This document shows positions 41,546-56,100 of a stretch of DNA of 64,000 nt, one piece after another. The DNA comes from the human T2T-CHM13v2.0 reference genome, Homo sapiens: the NCBI RefSeq assembly GCF_009914755.1, contig NC_060925.1. The stretch is one strand, 5' to 3'. The notes beneath the pieces are model-generated. The model worked only from the letters and a program-made list of their open reading frames with translations. It made no database searches and had not been told where the DNA came from. How positions within the stretch are numbered: the first letter of the stretch is position 1; every line of letters begins with the position of its first letter. Made by a program: the position numbers and the translations under genes.

Positions 41546-44500
41546 TAATTCCTATCTCTAGTGTTCTTACTTTCCCTACCTCACTATGTTGTAAAAGTTA
41601 AGAAGCTATGATTCATAACAGCATTTTTACAGAAGAGCTGAGTCTTTTTGGGCAGTGCCTCTAAGGTAAAGGTGTAATCACAGCCTCAAGAAAGTATCCG
41701 TAAAAAGGAATCAAATAGAACAAAAGGAAGTTTTCCTACTTATATACAGCTGAAACTCATTTCATTAAAGGAACAGAATAATTTTATGTGGGAAATATTT
41801 TCACCTTTGAGTGATGTTCTGACAGATGAAAGATTTGGGGGTACAAAAATAGAAGACTGTATTATGGCAAGGATACAAATTTTCTAAATTGGGATAAATA
41901 CCCTACTTCCAGAAAACCAAAAGCCCAATAAAACTCAATGCCAGACAAGTATAAAATAATTATAAAAAAGATTACAATAAAAAAAGTGAAACTGCATTGA
42001 TATCCATGTAAGAATTTTTAAAGGCAGTTTTTATAATCATAAATAAAATATATTATAAAATTGCCTTAAAAAGAAATTATGTAATCATCTAGTTATGTTC
42101 TGCTGCACATCTTAAACCAGGTAAACAAAAAATGCAAACACTATTCCATTGGAAAGAAAACAATTTATTATATCTGAGGAAAGTCATTACAATACATGTA
42201 ATATATTTCCAATTTACTGATTTAAAGGCGTATGGATTTAATTTTTAAATACACTTTCAAAGCTGTTATGCACAGTTCCATAGTCCAGGTGGTCAATTTC
42301 TTCTTCTCAAAGTTGCAAAGCACTTGAAGGACATGGGAATCCAAAGAAACCTAAAAACATCATAAAAGCCCATTAAAAATAGTAAGTATAACACAGGTCA
42401 TTAGTTTAAAAATAACTGAGAGCTGAACCATTTATATTTAGAAAATTAGTGAATCATGTCAGTTTAACAAAATTTATGTAAATGAACTGCTTATAAAGAA
42501 ACTGATTTATAACATTTACAAAATCATTTCAACTATGCCTATAGAAAAATAATTACATTTTCAATATCTATAGGTTTTGTACTTTTAAGGTGATAATAAC
42601 CAAATTTTCAATTGTTTTCATAGAACTAAGAATAGTATCAGATTTTTCAACAAAGAAACACAGAGGCGCCAACCCTTTATTTTCCTAGTTATTAATATCA
42701 GGTTGGGTGCCTATGTTGATACTAGGTACCTAACCATTTTACTCTAACAAACGAGTATCCAAACTGCTCAGTCCTTAGAATTACTAAGGAAACCTTTTCA
42801 AATCTGATTCTGATACTCCATTCCCAGAGATTCAGTTGTATTAGTTCTAGGATAGAGTATAGGAATCTTAATTCATAAAAACTCTTCCTTGGTGGTTCTC
42901 AAACTTGGTTGCACATTAAAATCAGCTTGAGAGGTTCATTCCAACATCTGTGCTACACTCTCAACACATCAAATGAAAATTCTGACCAAGGGAACCAGGC
43001 ATCAACACATTTCTTAAGGACTTTTTTAGGAGGGAGAGGTTCTTACTCTGTCAACCAAGCTAGAATGCAGTGGAGTGATCATGGCTCACTGCAACCTCAA
43101 CCTCGGGGGCTCAAGTGATCCCCTTGCTTTAGTCTCCCAAGTAGCTGAGACCAGAGGTGCAAGCTATTTATTACTAGCTATTTGTCCAAAGGTAAATAAA
43201 TGAGTATATCAAAGAGATAACCACACTCTCATATTTATTGCAATATTCACAATAGCAAAGATATGAAATCAACCTCTGTCCATCAATGGATGAATGAATA
43301 AAAACAACATGGTATATATATACACAGTAGAATACTTTTTGTCCATAAAAAAGAATGAGATTTTATCATTTACAGCAAGATGGATGGAACTGGAAGTCAT
43401 TGTGTTGGGTGAAATAAGCCAGGCACAGAAAAACAAGTATCACATATCCTTATTCTTACATGAAAACTAAAAATATTGATCTCATGGAGGTAGAGAATAG
43501 AATTATAGATAGATACCAGAGGCTGGAAAGTTTCTCTGGGTGGGAGGAATAAAGAAAAGTTTGTTAATAGGTCCAAACATACAATTACTTGGAAGACATA
43601 TGTTCTAATATTTCATAGCAGAGTAAGGTGACTACATATAAACAGCAATGTATTGTATATTCCAAAATAGCTAAAGGACTTGAAATGTTCTTAACATATG
43701 GAAATAATACTTGAGATTATGGACACCCTGGTTACTTTGATTTGATCATTATAAAGCTTAGGCAAGTAACAAAATATTACATTTACCCTATGTGCATGTA
43801 CAACTATATTAATGAAAAAATAGTCTTCTACAATAAAATTTTATTATTGTTAATCTAATTGAGAATTCATGATGATTTAAAGATTATTTGGCAAAAATGT
43901 TGCCTGTGCAAAGCAAGCTTTCCTTCCTATGTTGTGCAAATTATTAAAGTAATATAAATATGTATATAACTTCAAAAAATGATATTTCAAAATATTGTTC
44001 TACAACACTCAAGCTTTTAATGTCACTGATATTATGTTTTCCAGTAACAGGTAATAATTTAGCACTCCCTGTAAGTTAAGTTCTCTATTAGCGTATTTAT
44101 TTTTTCCAACAAACTTACAGACTGGATATTTAGGTCCAAAAACTTTAAATAGCTTGTCTCGCATTACTTAGCAAATATATTGTATTTTTGAGATCTGACT
44201 TCAGACTCTGTTGTATTACGCTAGTACTCCAATGCTAATCTCATTTTAATCCACTACAGGAGAACTATTTACTCTCTCTCTGGAAAATTTTAGCACAGCT
44301 TTTTATATGATTTTCTGAAATACATATAGTATTATTTATATATATATATTATTTATATATTATATATAAATATATATAAATATACATAATATATAATATA
44401 TAAATAATATTTCTATCAAGTTTATTTTTTATCTATGCATATTCTTAAGCTCCTAATTTTCTTTATCGTATTTTCCCTAAAATGTATTCAAACTCAACTT

Positions 44501-46822
44501 AATTAGATTTTTAGTTTTATGGTGGTATAATTCACAAATTAAAATTATATATATTCAACGTGTACAATGTGAGGTTTTGAGTTTTTTTTAATTAGCCCTA
44601 GTTGAGAAAGGCAAATGCTTAATGGTACATACTAAAAAGTATTCAGGACAAGGCTGCTTAACATAAACTTGCTAATTACCAATCAATAGACTACTCAAAT
44701 GCTTTTTTGATAAACAAAAGCTACAATTGTAGGTAGCGTATTTTTACTGGTTTCCTTTACACTGAAGCATTTTTTCAACTAATATATATCTTACAAATAG
44801 TAAAATACATAAATCTTAAGCATATAGCATTATAATTTTTATAAGTGTATATATCCCTATCACCACCACCCAAATCAAGCAAGATATGGACGATTTCCAG
44901 CTCCCACACCCCTGGCTCTCGCACTTTCTCAACCAGTTACTCACCAATGGTCATCATTATCATGAAATCTATCACGATGGATTTCCCTACTCCTCAATTT
45001 CATATAAATGGAAACTTGCTGTATGTAATCTTTTGAGTCTGACTTGTTTCACTCAGTTGAAATTTGTGAGAATCATCTATGTTTTGTGTAGCAGCAGTTC
45101 ATTGTTTAATTGCTGTGTGGTATTCATCGCGGGAAGCAAAAGTAATTTATTTATTCATTCTACTGTGAATGGGCATTTGTGTTGTTTTTAGTTTAGAAGT
45201 TATGACACATCAGTGATTTTATTTGATAAGAACCCTAGGAGTTGCTGAGTTATATAGAATCGATTGCCTTACACATGTTGTTTACGTTTTGCCTACTATT
45301 TTATATATTTCATCCTTGATCTGTTTGTCTCGCTACTGTTTGGAACAAACCTGGAGCTCCTTATAGGAAATTGATATCTTTTTTTTTCTTTTCTCAACTT
45401 CTATTTTAGGTTCAGGAGGTACATGGGCAGGTTTGTTACGTGGGTAATTGCATGTTGCTGGGGTTTGGTGTACAAATGATTTCATCACCCAGCTAGTGAG
45501 CATAGTCCCCAGCAGGTAGTGTTTTGACCCTCACTCTCCTCTCACCCTGCGCCCATCAAGTATATTTTAAAAGGACTTTCACAATCAAGCTAATTAACAT
45601 ATTCATGTCTTCACATAGTTATCATGTGTTGGGAAAAGGTAATAGTTAAGATCTACACTCAGTGAACTTAAAGCATACATTATTACTAACTATTTTTACC
45701 CTGTTGTGCATTAGACCTCCATAACTTATTCATCTTATAATGGCAAGTTTTCATTGTTGTACCTGTAGTATTTTTCATTCTCTGCCTGGCTTATTTCACT
45801 TGGCATAATATCCTCTAGGCTCGTTCATTTTGTTGGAAATGGCAGAATTTCATTCTTTTAAATACGGAATAATATTCCGTTGTAGATAGATAGATAGATA
45901 AATAGACAGATAGATGATAGATATCATAATTTACATACCTACTCATCTGTCAACACTTAGATTGTTTCCATATTTTGGTTTTTGTGAATAAAGCTGCAAT
46001 GAACACAGGAATGCAGATATCTCTTCAAGATAGTGATTTTATTTCTATCGTATATAAAAGGAAAAGTATATAAAAGGTATATACCCTTTTTTTGAGATGG
46101 AGTCTCACTCTGATGCCCATGCTGGAGTGCAGTGATGCAATCTTGACTCATGGCAACCTCTGTCTCCCAAGTTCAAGCAATTCTCCCTGCCACAGCCTCC
46201 CAAGTAGCTGGGATTACAGGTGCCAACCACCACGCTGGGCTAATTTCTGTGTTTTTTAGTAGAGATGCGGTTTTGCCATGTTGGCGACTCTGGTCGTGAA
46301 CTCCTGACCTCAGGTAATCTGCCTCCCTCACCTCTCAAAGTGCTGGGATTACAGGTGTGAGCCAACACACCCACAGGTATATACTTTTATGCCTAAAAGT
46401 ATAATTTCTGTAACATACGGTACATCTTTAATTATTTGAGGAGTGTCCATGCTGTATTCCATAATGGTTGTACCAATTTACATTCCCACCAAAACTCTAT
46501 AAGTGTTCTCTTTTCGACACATTCTTGTCAACACTATTTATCTTTTGCCTTTTTGATATTAGCTATTTTGAAAGATGTAATGTGACATCTCATTTTGATT
46601 CCAGTTTATATTTCCCTCATGTTTAGTGATTTTGTGCACCTCTTCATTCATGTGTTGGCCGTGTGTAAATCTTCCTTTGAAAAAATGTCTATTCAGGTCT
46701 CTTGCTCATGTTTTAATCAGGTTACTTTTTTTCTGATTATGAGTTTCTTATATGTTTTAGATATTAATGCATTATCAGATATATTGTTTTCAAGTACATT
46801 CTACCATTCCATGGGTGACTTT

Positions 46823-46853
<31 letters not shown>

Positions 46854-49800
46854 CTGTGCCACAATCTTTTAGTTTGATGTAGTTGTATGTGTTTATTTTT
46901 GTTTATCTTGTCTATACATTGGGATTCATAGCCAAAATATCATGCCAAGGTCAATGTTATGGAGGATTTCCCCTGTTTTCTTCTAGGGATTCTTTGGTTT
47001 CAGATGTTATGTTTAAATTCCTTTTCAATTTTCAATTTATTCCTGTGCATAGCATAACACTCCAATTTCATTCTTTTGCATGTGGGCCTCCAATAATTCC
47101 AACGCTATTTATTGAAGAGACTATCCTGTCTCCATTAGGTGTTTTGGGCATGTTATTGAAGATTCTTTGACGATATTGGTGTAGGCTTTCTATTCTGCTC
47201 CATTCTTCTATGTGACTGTTTTCATACCAGTATCATATATATATATATATATTACTGTAGTTTAGTAATATAACTTGAAAGTGAGAAGTGTGGTACCTCC
47301 TACTTTGTTCGTCTTGCTCAAGATCAGTTTGGGTAATTATAGTCTTTTGTAATTTCATACAAATTTTAGGATTTATTTCTGTTTCTGGAAAAATGCCATT
47401 GGACTTTTGATAGGGATTACATTGAATCTGTAGATTGCTTTGTGTAATAGCATTTTGACAATATTAATTTCTCACATTGATGAACACAGAATGTCTTTCA
47501 ATTTCTATTACTTTTCTACTCTCTATTTCTCTATTTTGCTTTGATCTTTCTTATTTTCTTTCTTCTATTAACTTTGGGCTTAGTTTGCTCTTCTTTTTTT
47601 CTAGTTCCTTGAGGTTTAATGATAGATTGTTTATTTGAAATATTTGTGTTTTTTTTAATGTAGGTGTTTGTCATTTCAAATTTTCATCTTAGCACTGTCT
47701 TACTGCATCCCACAAGCTTTGGTGTATTGTGTTTTCATTTTTGTATCAAGATTTCTTTATTTTCCTTTTTATTTCCTTTTTAAACCACCAGTTTTTAAGA
47801 ATTGTGTTATGTTCACTTCTTTTTGAATTTTCCAGTTTTCCTCCTGTTAATTGATTTCTAGTTGTATACCATTGTGGTCAAAAGAGATACTTGATAAAAT
47901 TTCAATCTTCTTAAATGTATTAAGACATTTTGTGACTTCAAGTATGCTCTATTTTAGAGGATGTTTCTTGTTAGCTTGAAAAGAACACCTGTTCTCCGGC
48001 TGTGGATGAAATGTGAACATACATCTGTTAGGTCCGTTTGGTCTAAAGTGCAGATCAAGTCTAATTTTTTTTTCCTAACAGATTGTCTGTCTAAATGATC
48101 TATCCATTGTTGTAATTGGAGTATTGATAATTTCAACAGTGTCAATAAGGTTACCTATATCTGTAGTATTATTGATTGCTCTGTATCTCTCCCTCCAGAT
48201 ATTAATGTTTGCTTTACATTTTCAAGTGCTCTAATGTTAAGTGCATATTTATTTATAATTGTTTCATCCCTTTAATCAACTCATCCCTTTATCATTATAT
48301 AGTGACCATCTTTATCACCTGTTAGAGTTTTATCTTAAGGTATATTTTGCCTGATATAAGGATAGTTATCCATGTTGTTTTTTTGTTTTAATTTGCATGG
48401 AATATCAAATTTTCTCATCCCCTAAATTCACACCATATGTGTCCTTGAAGCTGAAGTGAGTCTCTTGTAGGCAGTATATTGTTGGGTCTCCTTTTGTAAT
48501 CCATTCAGCCACTCTGGCTTTTGAATGTAGAATAGAATGAATTTATCTTCAAGGTAATTATTGATAGATAAGAACATACAATTGACATTTTGTTCATTGC
48601 TTTTCAGCCTTTTAACATATTTTTGTTCCTTTATTTCTCCCTTGCTGTCGTTCTTTGAGATTTTATGATTTTCTGTAGTGACATGCTTTGATTTCTCTTT
48701 GTCTTTTGGGTATCTACTATAGGTTTTTGCTTTCCGAATAGCATGAAGCTTATACATACTATCTTGTAGTTGGAGCAAACTATTTTAAACTGAGGTTTGA
48801 TCATATTCAAAACTCTATACTTTTACTCAGCCCACTATATTTTATATATTTGGTGTCACATTATATATTTTTAATATTCTATATCTATTAACAAATTATT
48901 GTAGCTATAATTATTATTATTTTGGATTTTAAGCTTCATACTAGCAATAAAACTGATTTACACACCACTACTACACTATTAGAGTGTTCTGTATTTTTTA
49001 TATATTTACCTTAATCAATGAGTTTCATACTTTTCTGTGCTTTCATGTTGCTCTATAGCAAACTTTTGCTGCAAATTCAGAAATTCTTTAAAATAATTAT
49101 TTTGAATTCTTTGTCAAGAAGTTTATAGATTTTTGTATTTTTGCAAGGTTTTTCATGTCAAATAATTGTTTTAAAGGAGAGTAATTAGTTACAAGAGAAT
49201 AAATAGGCAATTCAACCAAAACTTGAAAAAAAACAAAACACAAACCAATTGAGAAGTTCCACAGACAGATTGAAAAAATAGAACCCAAACTAAAATTCTA
49301 GAGCTAAAGCATAAAATAAATGAAATAAAGAATGTAAAATGAAGAATCAACAGCAAAATTGAGCAAGAAGAAAGAATCTGTGAATTTGTTTCAGTCAGGA
49401 GCAACCTGCAAAGGGTATTTCAGAGATAAGATCTCTTCATCCTAGAAAATATCAGTAGTCTCTTTCACCACAAGTTCAGCTGACAAAGAGACTAAACCAG
49501 TTCATCTTCCTTCTAGTCTTATTCCTCGGCCATTTGCCAATAAAGAGAGTGAATAGATTGAAGGTCAACTGCTTTAATTACGTCCTCACACTGCTGAATG
49601 AAGTTTGTTCAACAATTGCCAAGCTGATCATCTAGCATATTCTTTGCTATTGCTTACAACACGTCCTGACTTCTAAAATTAGATTTGTACATAGGCTCAA
49701 AGCCCAGCATATCCCAGTAGCTCACTGTTCAAAGTAATAAATATTTGATTAGGTCTTTAAGGCTAAAGACCTCAAAATTTCTAAGAAGTTTGTGCCATAG

Positions 49801-49869
49801 ACAAAATCTGTTGGTTATTTTCTTTATATATAAGTCCACCTTTTACTGTATTAGTATTTCTATACTGGT

Positions 49870-49905
<36 letters not shown>

Positions 49906-52900
49906 TGAGATGGAGTGTCACTCTATCTCCCAGGCTGGAGTGCAGTGGTGCAATCTCTACTCACTGCAAACTCCGCCTCCCAGGTATGGGCCATTCTCCT
50001 GCCTCAGCCTCCTGAGTAGCTGGGACTACAGGCACCCACCACCATGCCTGGCTAATTTGTTTTGTATTTTTAGTAGAGACAGGGTTTCACCATGTTAGCC
50101 AGGATGGTCTGGATCTCCTGAACTCATGATCCTCCGGCCTCAGCCTCCGAAAGTGCCGGGATTACAGACGTGAGCCACCGAGCCTGGACTCTATACTGGT
50201 TCTTATAACTTATTTGGGCTGGAAATCTCATAGTTTTAACATAGATGAAGGGGTTATTTTCCTATAGATTTTGATTTTTTTGTTACATTCAATTTTTATT
50301 AAAGGGGAGTTGGAGTGGAAATACTTTTGCTCTGCATCTTCAAATACAAAAAATGAAACATTTCAAAAGACCTACCATGCCATAACTGAAATTTCTGTGG
50401 TTTGAAGAAATCTACCAAAAAAAAAAAATTGCTTCAACTATATATGTTTGATTTTTTTGTGAATTAGCTAAAAGTTTTGTAAGACTTTATATTAACTTTG
50501 GAAAGATGCGAAAAGCTTTTGAAAAGCAAATGATTACATTTCTAGTTATTGTTTTGAATTCTAAAAGTGTGTGAATGACACAGGCAAATATAAGTGTAAA
50601 AACAAGGGTAAGAAAAGGAAAACCACAACTGATCTTTACATTCACTTTTAACTATTTTAAATAAGAATCATCAATGGAGTTCAATTTTATGGTCAGTGAT
50701 AAGGAATTTAATTCACTTCAAGAAGAGAGCAAAAAATACTGCATTAGATTATGTAGGCATTTTAAAAATATATACTTTTGGTTAATATTTTTATATATTT
50801 TGGATTAACTAGAGAATCAAAGGTAAAATTATCCTAAGGCCTAAGAAATTATTGGCCAGTTTCCACTAAATGATAAGTTTTCTGGAGAAAATGCAATACC
50901 TGTTTTATCTTTTTACCTCTCATATCTAGAATTATACATTGCTGGTGGTGTGCATTGTACTGCTGTCAATTTGTGATAGAAATATTTAAACAATGTTTTG
51001 CATTTCTCTGATGGCCAGTGATGATGAGCATTTTTTCATGTGTCTTTTGGCTGCATAAATGTCTTCTTTTGAGAAGTGTCTGTTCATATCCTTTGCCCAC
51101 TTTTTGATGGGGTTGTTTGTTTATTTCTTGTAAATTTGTTTGAGTTCATTGTAGGCTGGAGAGGATGTGGAGAAATAGGAACACTTTTACACTGTTGGTG
51201 GGACTGTAAACTAGTTCAACCATTGTGGAAGTCAGTGTGGCGATTCATCAGGGATCTAGAACTAGAAATACCATTTGACCCAGCCATCCCATTACTGGGT
51301 ATATACCCAAAGGACTATAAATCATGCTGCTATAAAGACACATGCACACGTATGTTTATTGCGGCACTATTCACAATAGCAAAGACTTGGAACCAACCCA
51401 AATGTCCATCAATGGTAGACTGGATTAAGAAAATGTGGCACATATACACCATGGAATACTATGCAGCCATATAAAAGGATGAGTTCATGTCCTTTGTAGG
51501 GACATGGATGAAACTGGAAATCATCATTCTCAGTAAACTATCACAAGGACAAAAAACCAAACACCACATATTCTCACTCATAGATGGGAATTGAACAATG
51601 AGAACACATGGACACAGGAAGGGGAACATCACACTCTGGGGACTGTTGTGGGGTTGGGGGAGGGGGGAGGGTTTAGCATTAGGAGATATACCTAATGCTA
51701 AATGATGAGTTAATGGGTGCAGCACACCAGCATGGCACATGTATACATATGTACTAACCTGCACATTGTGCACATGTAACCTAAAACTTAAAGTATAATA
51801 ATAATAAAACAAAGAAATATTTAAACAATGTTTTTAAATAATATTCTCCTAATTAATTAGTATTTCTCAATTACAATGTCAGTGTTTTCTTTTCATTTAT
51901 ACTATGTCATTTGTCACTAAAGACCCTAAATATTCTTTCTAATGAGTTAAAAGAACATGAATAGCAAATTTTCAGCAAAACAATACTTGTCAAACAGAAA
52001 GATGGAAAAAGAAATCCTATTTAGTTTAAAATACAGAGAGGACTGACACTGATGGAATACAAATGTCTAAGAAAGAAGTGTACAGAATTCCTATAGTAAC
52101 ACTGAATTTTTGTAAAATATACCTCCAGGAACAGAGGCTCCATTTTAGATATCATTGTGTGTGAAAAGCATTCTTTCTTAGCAAAGTTCCAATATTCCTC
52201 TTCAATTTCAATATGACATTTTATTCTAAGGTTAATAGATATTACTAATGTCCTAATTGTCCTAATATGTAGAATATCAGCTACAACAAGACAAGAAATA
52301 TACAGCAGATAATTCTGTGGCTTTAATGTTATTGCGAGACTAACAGAGAAATCAATTTGGACTCAATGTAAGATCTTCATACATTCAGTCCCAAATAAGT
52401 CCCAAATAAGGCATTGCCATTGTGAAAAACTTTGAGTTTAGGTCTGGTAAGATAAGTTACTAAATATTAATAATAATCACAGCACTCTGTTAAGGCACAT
52501 ATCTCAAAATATGTCTAAAATGTAAACATTGTAACAAGTGCTATATATTTGGACAACATTATAAATACATTTGGATGACTGAGTGAAACATGTCGGTTTC
52601 CAGCAGAATTATTTATACGTGTGTGCCAGAGGACAGGGAGCTTGGAGCAGTTCTAGGCACTGAAGCAAGTTTAAAGCAACAACCCCAGACAGTCCAAAAA
52701 GGAGGTAAATAATGTGTGTTTTAGTCTGTTTGGGATACAATAACCAAATACCATAAATTGAGTGGCTTATAAAAGCAGAAATTTATTTTCCACAGTTCGG
52801 GAGGCTAAATTCAAAATCAAGCAGATTTTGTGTCTGGTGAAGACTAACTTCATAGTTCCTAGAGGGCAGCTTGTGGCTGTGTCCTCATTTGCTGGAAAAG

Positions 52901-53127
52901 GCAAGCATCTTATTCATAATAGCACTAAAAAGAGTTCCACTCCCAAGTTCCTAATACTATGCCCTCAGGTGTTAAAATTTCAACATATTACATTTGGGGG
53001 TGCACATTCAGACCATAACAATGTGTGATTATTGAAATAATTCTAACAGTGTTGTCATTACTAACAGCTAATGATGGATTCATTGAGACTTCTGAAGTGT
53101 TCCTGCTTGCCTACAGGGTTTACTATA

Positions 53128-53160
<33 letters not shown>

Positions 53161-56100
53161 GCAAGGAAACTGCAATATATATATACTGTAATGTATATAG
53201 TAATATATTTCTTGTTCTGAGAATAAGACAAGATCATGAGGTTGTATCCTAGAATGAAGTTTAATGCCTATAAGATTCCAAGAAACGTAATCCATGTAAT
53301 CAGAAATGTTTTATTTCTTCATGGTGGATTTCTCGACATGATCAGAAGCTGTACTGATGGTATAATTCAACTAATGAGAAAGACTGCAAGAGTCAAGAAC
53401 TTTCTTCTTCTCAAGAGATTGAGAAACCATTAGGGAAAAAATCTCATAAAGAAAGAAAGGCAAAACTTTGTCAAAGGATAAAGGACAACAAATGATTCTG
53501 AGATCTAAATAGTGTCTCTTGACCTCAGACTTGTTGTTCTTGTTGTTGTTGTTGCTTGGCAAGTCCACAGACTGATGGTTAAGGCCAGAGAAGGAAATTA
53601 TGCATACAAACTGAAAATCTTTGTCATAAATTTGGATTAAAAAGCAACAATGATTTGAGACCTAACGTAGCACATCACTGTTGAGGGAAAGAGATTCTTC
53701 ACAAACAAAACAAGACTTTGGCATACAAAGAGCTTCCACCCATCAGTAAGTAGATGAGTTCCATTAGTGGTTTTGCCGTGAAAGAAGAACTTCAATACAG
53801 CATGACCTTTTTACAAAAAGCATTAGCATCAGCAGGAAAGAGACTGTTCCTATACTGATTAAAAGGCAATTTCACCTGGCTGCTTAACAGGCACCTCAGG
53901 AGCCATAATATAAAGAAGGAACATAGCTGGTACTGCATGATTCTGAGGAATATGTTCAGACATGAGATATGGTACCCAGCCCTTCAGATAGAGAATTTGG
54001 AGGCATTGAAAGCAAGCTGTAAGTGCCACAGTAATAAACGGTGTCAGTCTTAGACACACAATGAAACATAAAACTTGGAACTCATTTTCACTTAAATCTG
54101 GAAGTTAATACCTCACTCGAGAAACAAAGCTGCTCTTTAAAGAACACATTCTATTCAACAAGGCTGCACTTTCAGGGAGAATAACAGATTAATTACTCAT
54201 GAGTCCAGGATATGATGAACAATTAAGATTACGTGGAAATAGAAGACCCTGGAGACATAAAGGGACATGAGGGACATATATGTGTGAGAGAAGGTGAAAG
54301 TGAGTACAGAGAAAAACAGTTTTGGAGAAAGACTACAGAACAAAAGAAGCAGTCAGTTAGGCTGGGTGCAGTGGCTTACGCCTGTAATCCCAGCACTTTG
54401 GGAGCCTGAGGCAGACGTATCAACTGAGGTCGAGAGTTTGAGACCAGCCTGATTAACACGAAGAAACCCCATCTCAGGATCCCTTGAACCCGGGAAGCGG
54501 AAATTGCAGTGAGCCAGGATCGTGCCATTGCACCACAGCCTGGGCAACAAGAGTGAAACTCCATCTAAAAAAAAAAAGAAGCAATTGGTGTTAGGATAAA
54601 TGCTTTGGCTTTTGAATGACAAATACAATCGAGCTGACTGAAGTACAAAGAAATCTGTTAGGCTTTCTAACTGGGATACGTAGGGATACAATATATTAGA
54701 CCTAACTCCAACACACAGCCTGGAGTAAAGCCCAGGCAAACTGCAATATGAAGCAGAACTGCCCTTAAATAACCTGGAAATTTGGGAGAAAAAAATATGT
54801 TGTTTAACGTTACTGAGAATTTAAGGTTGTTTTGTAACATTATTGCAGCAGAAAATTAAATATTAAACATTTTTATCTACTTATGAGTTACATTCAACTC
54901 ATTAAATGTACCAAAAATGCTTGGGGAAATAGTAACAAAATTTCCACATGTGATTAGATTATTTCACAGTACTCTTTTAAAAATTTTAATTTTTTAACAT
55001 TTCAAAAACATTTCCCATGTAAGATATTAAAATAAAATATATAAAAATATCACATTTTAAATTTTATTTTCTATACTTGAATTTAAAGGCAACATTTTAT
55101 GGCTGTATAAATGTTTTCAAGCCTGCTAGGACAGGGAGGAAAAAGGTGGAACAGGCGTTGATCTCACCTCAATCCACTGAAACTTAAGACAGAAAACCTC
55201 ACTGAGAGTTTTTCTACACTGGGTTCCACATAACATTTCAATTTTCCATGGGGCAAGAAGGTGAGATTATTTTTCTACGTTAAAAAGTAAGTTTGTAACC
55301 TTCTTTACTACATAGTCATCTTACACAAAAAATTTTTAAAAATCTTCTTACTACTAAAAGTAATTTGTTTGTGTATCTCTTAATTAAATCTAAATATAGT
55401 TTAAAAACAATAATTATGCTAAATTAGACATCATAGAGGAAATATCTCCTTTCTTCATAGCATAGGTAATCACAGTATGAAAAAACGCTTTTTCCTATAA
55501 CTCCTATAATCATATCATTTCCAGAAGATGTCCTGTGTTAAAAAATCTCAGTGTGATGTTAATAACAAATGGCATATTTTAATCCACTAAAGAGAGATCT
55601 ATATCTCCTGCCATCTTTGAAAGTTTATATCTATAATTTTTTTCTTTCCAAAGCTGTGATTATTCCAACACACTATGATAACTTAAAAGTTATCAATGTA
55701 AAATATTTTGGTTCACTGGGAAGGATACACCTTTTTAAATTTTTAATTGTTGTTGGTACATTGCAGGTGTATAAACTTACAGGGCATGTGTCATATTTTG
55801 ATACAGGCAGACAATGTGTAATAATAACATTAGGGTAAATGGGTTATCCATCACCACAAGCATTTATCCTTTATGTTACAATCCAATTATATTCTTTTAT
55901 TTATTTTAAAATGCACAATTAAGTTGTTATTGACTATAGTCACCCTGTTGTGCTGTCAAATACTAGGTCTTTTTCATTCTTCTGTTTTCTATACCCATTG
56001 AACATTCCCACTTGCTTCCCATCCACCCTTCTCAGCCTCTAGTAACCATCTTTCTACTCTTTATGACCATGAGTTCCACTGTTTGTATTTCTAGCTCCCA

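Noticed and set aside
51076-51474. 132-aa ORF ending in L1 ORF2 C-terminal sequence
   Set aside because: Chance chimaera across the L1 inversion junction.
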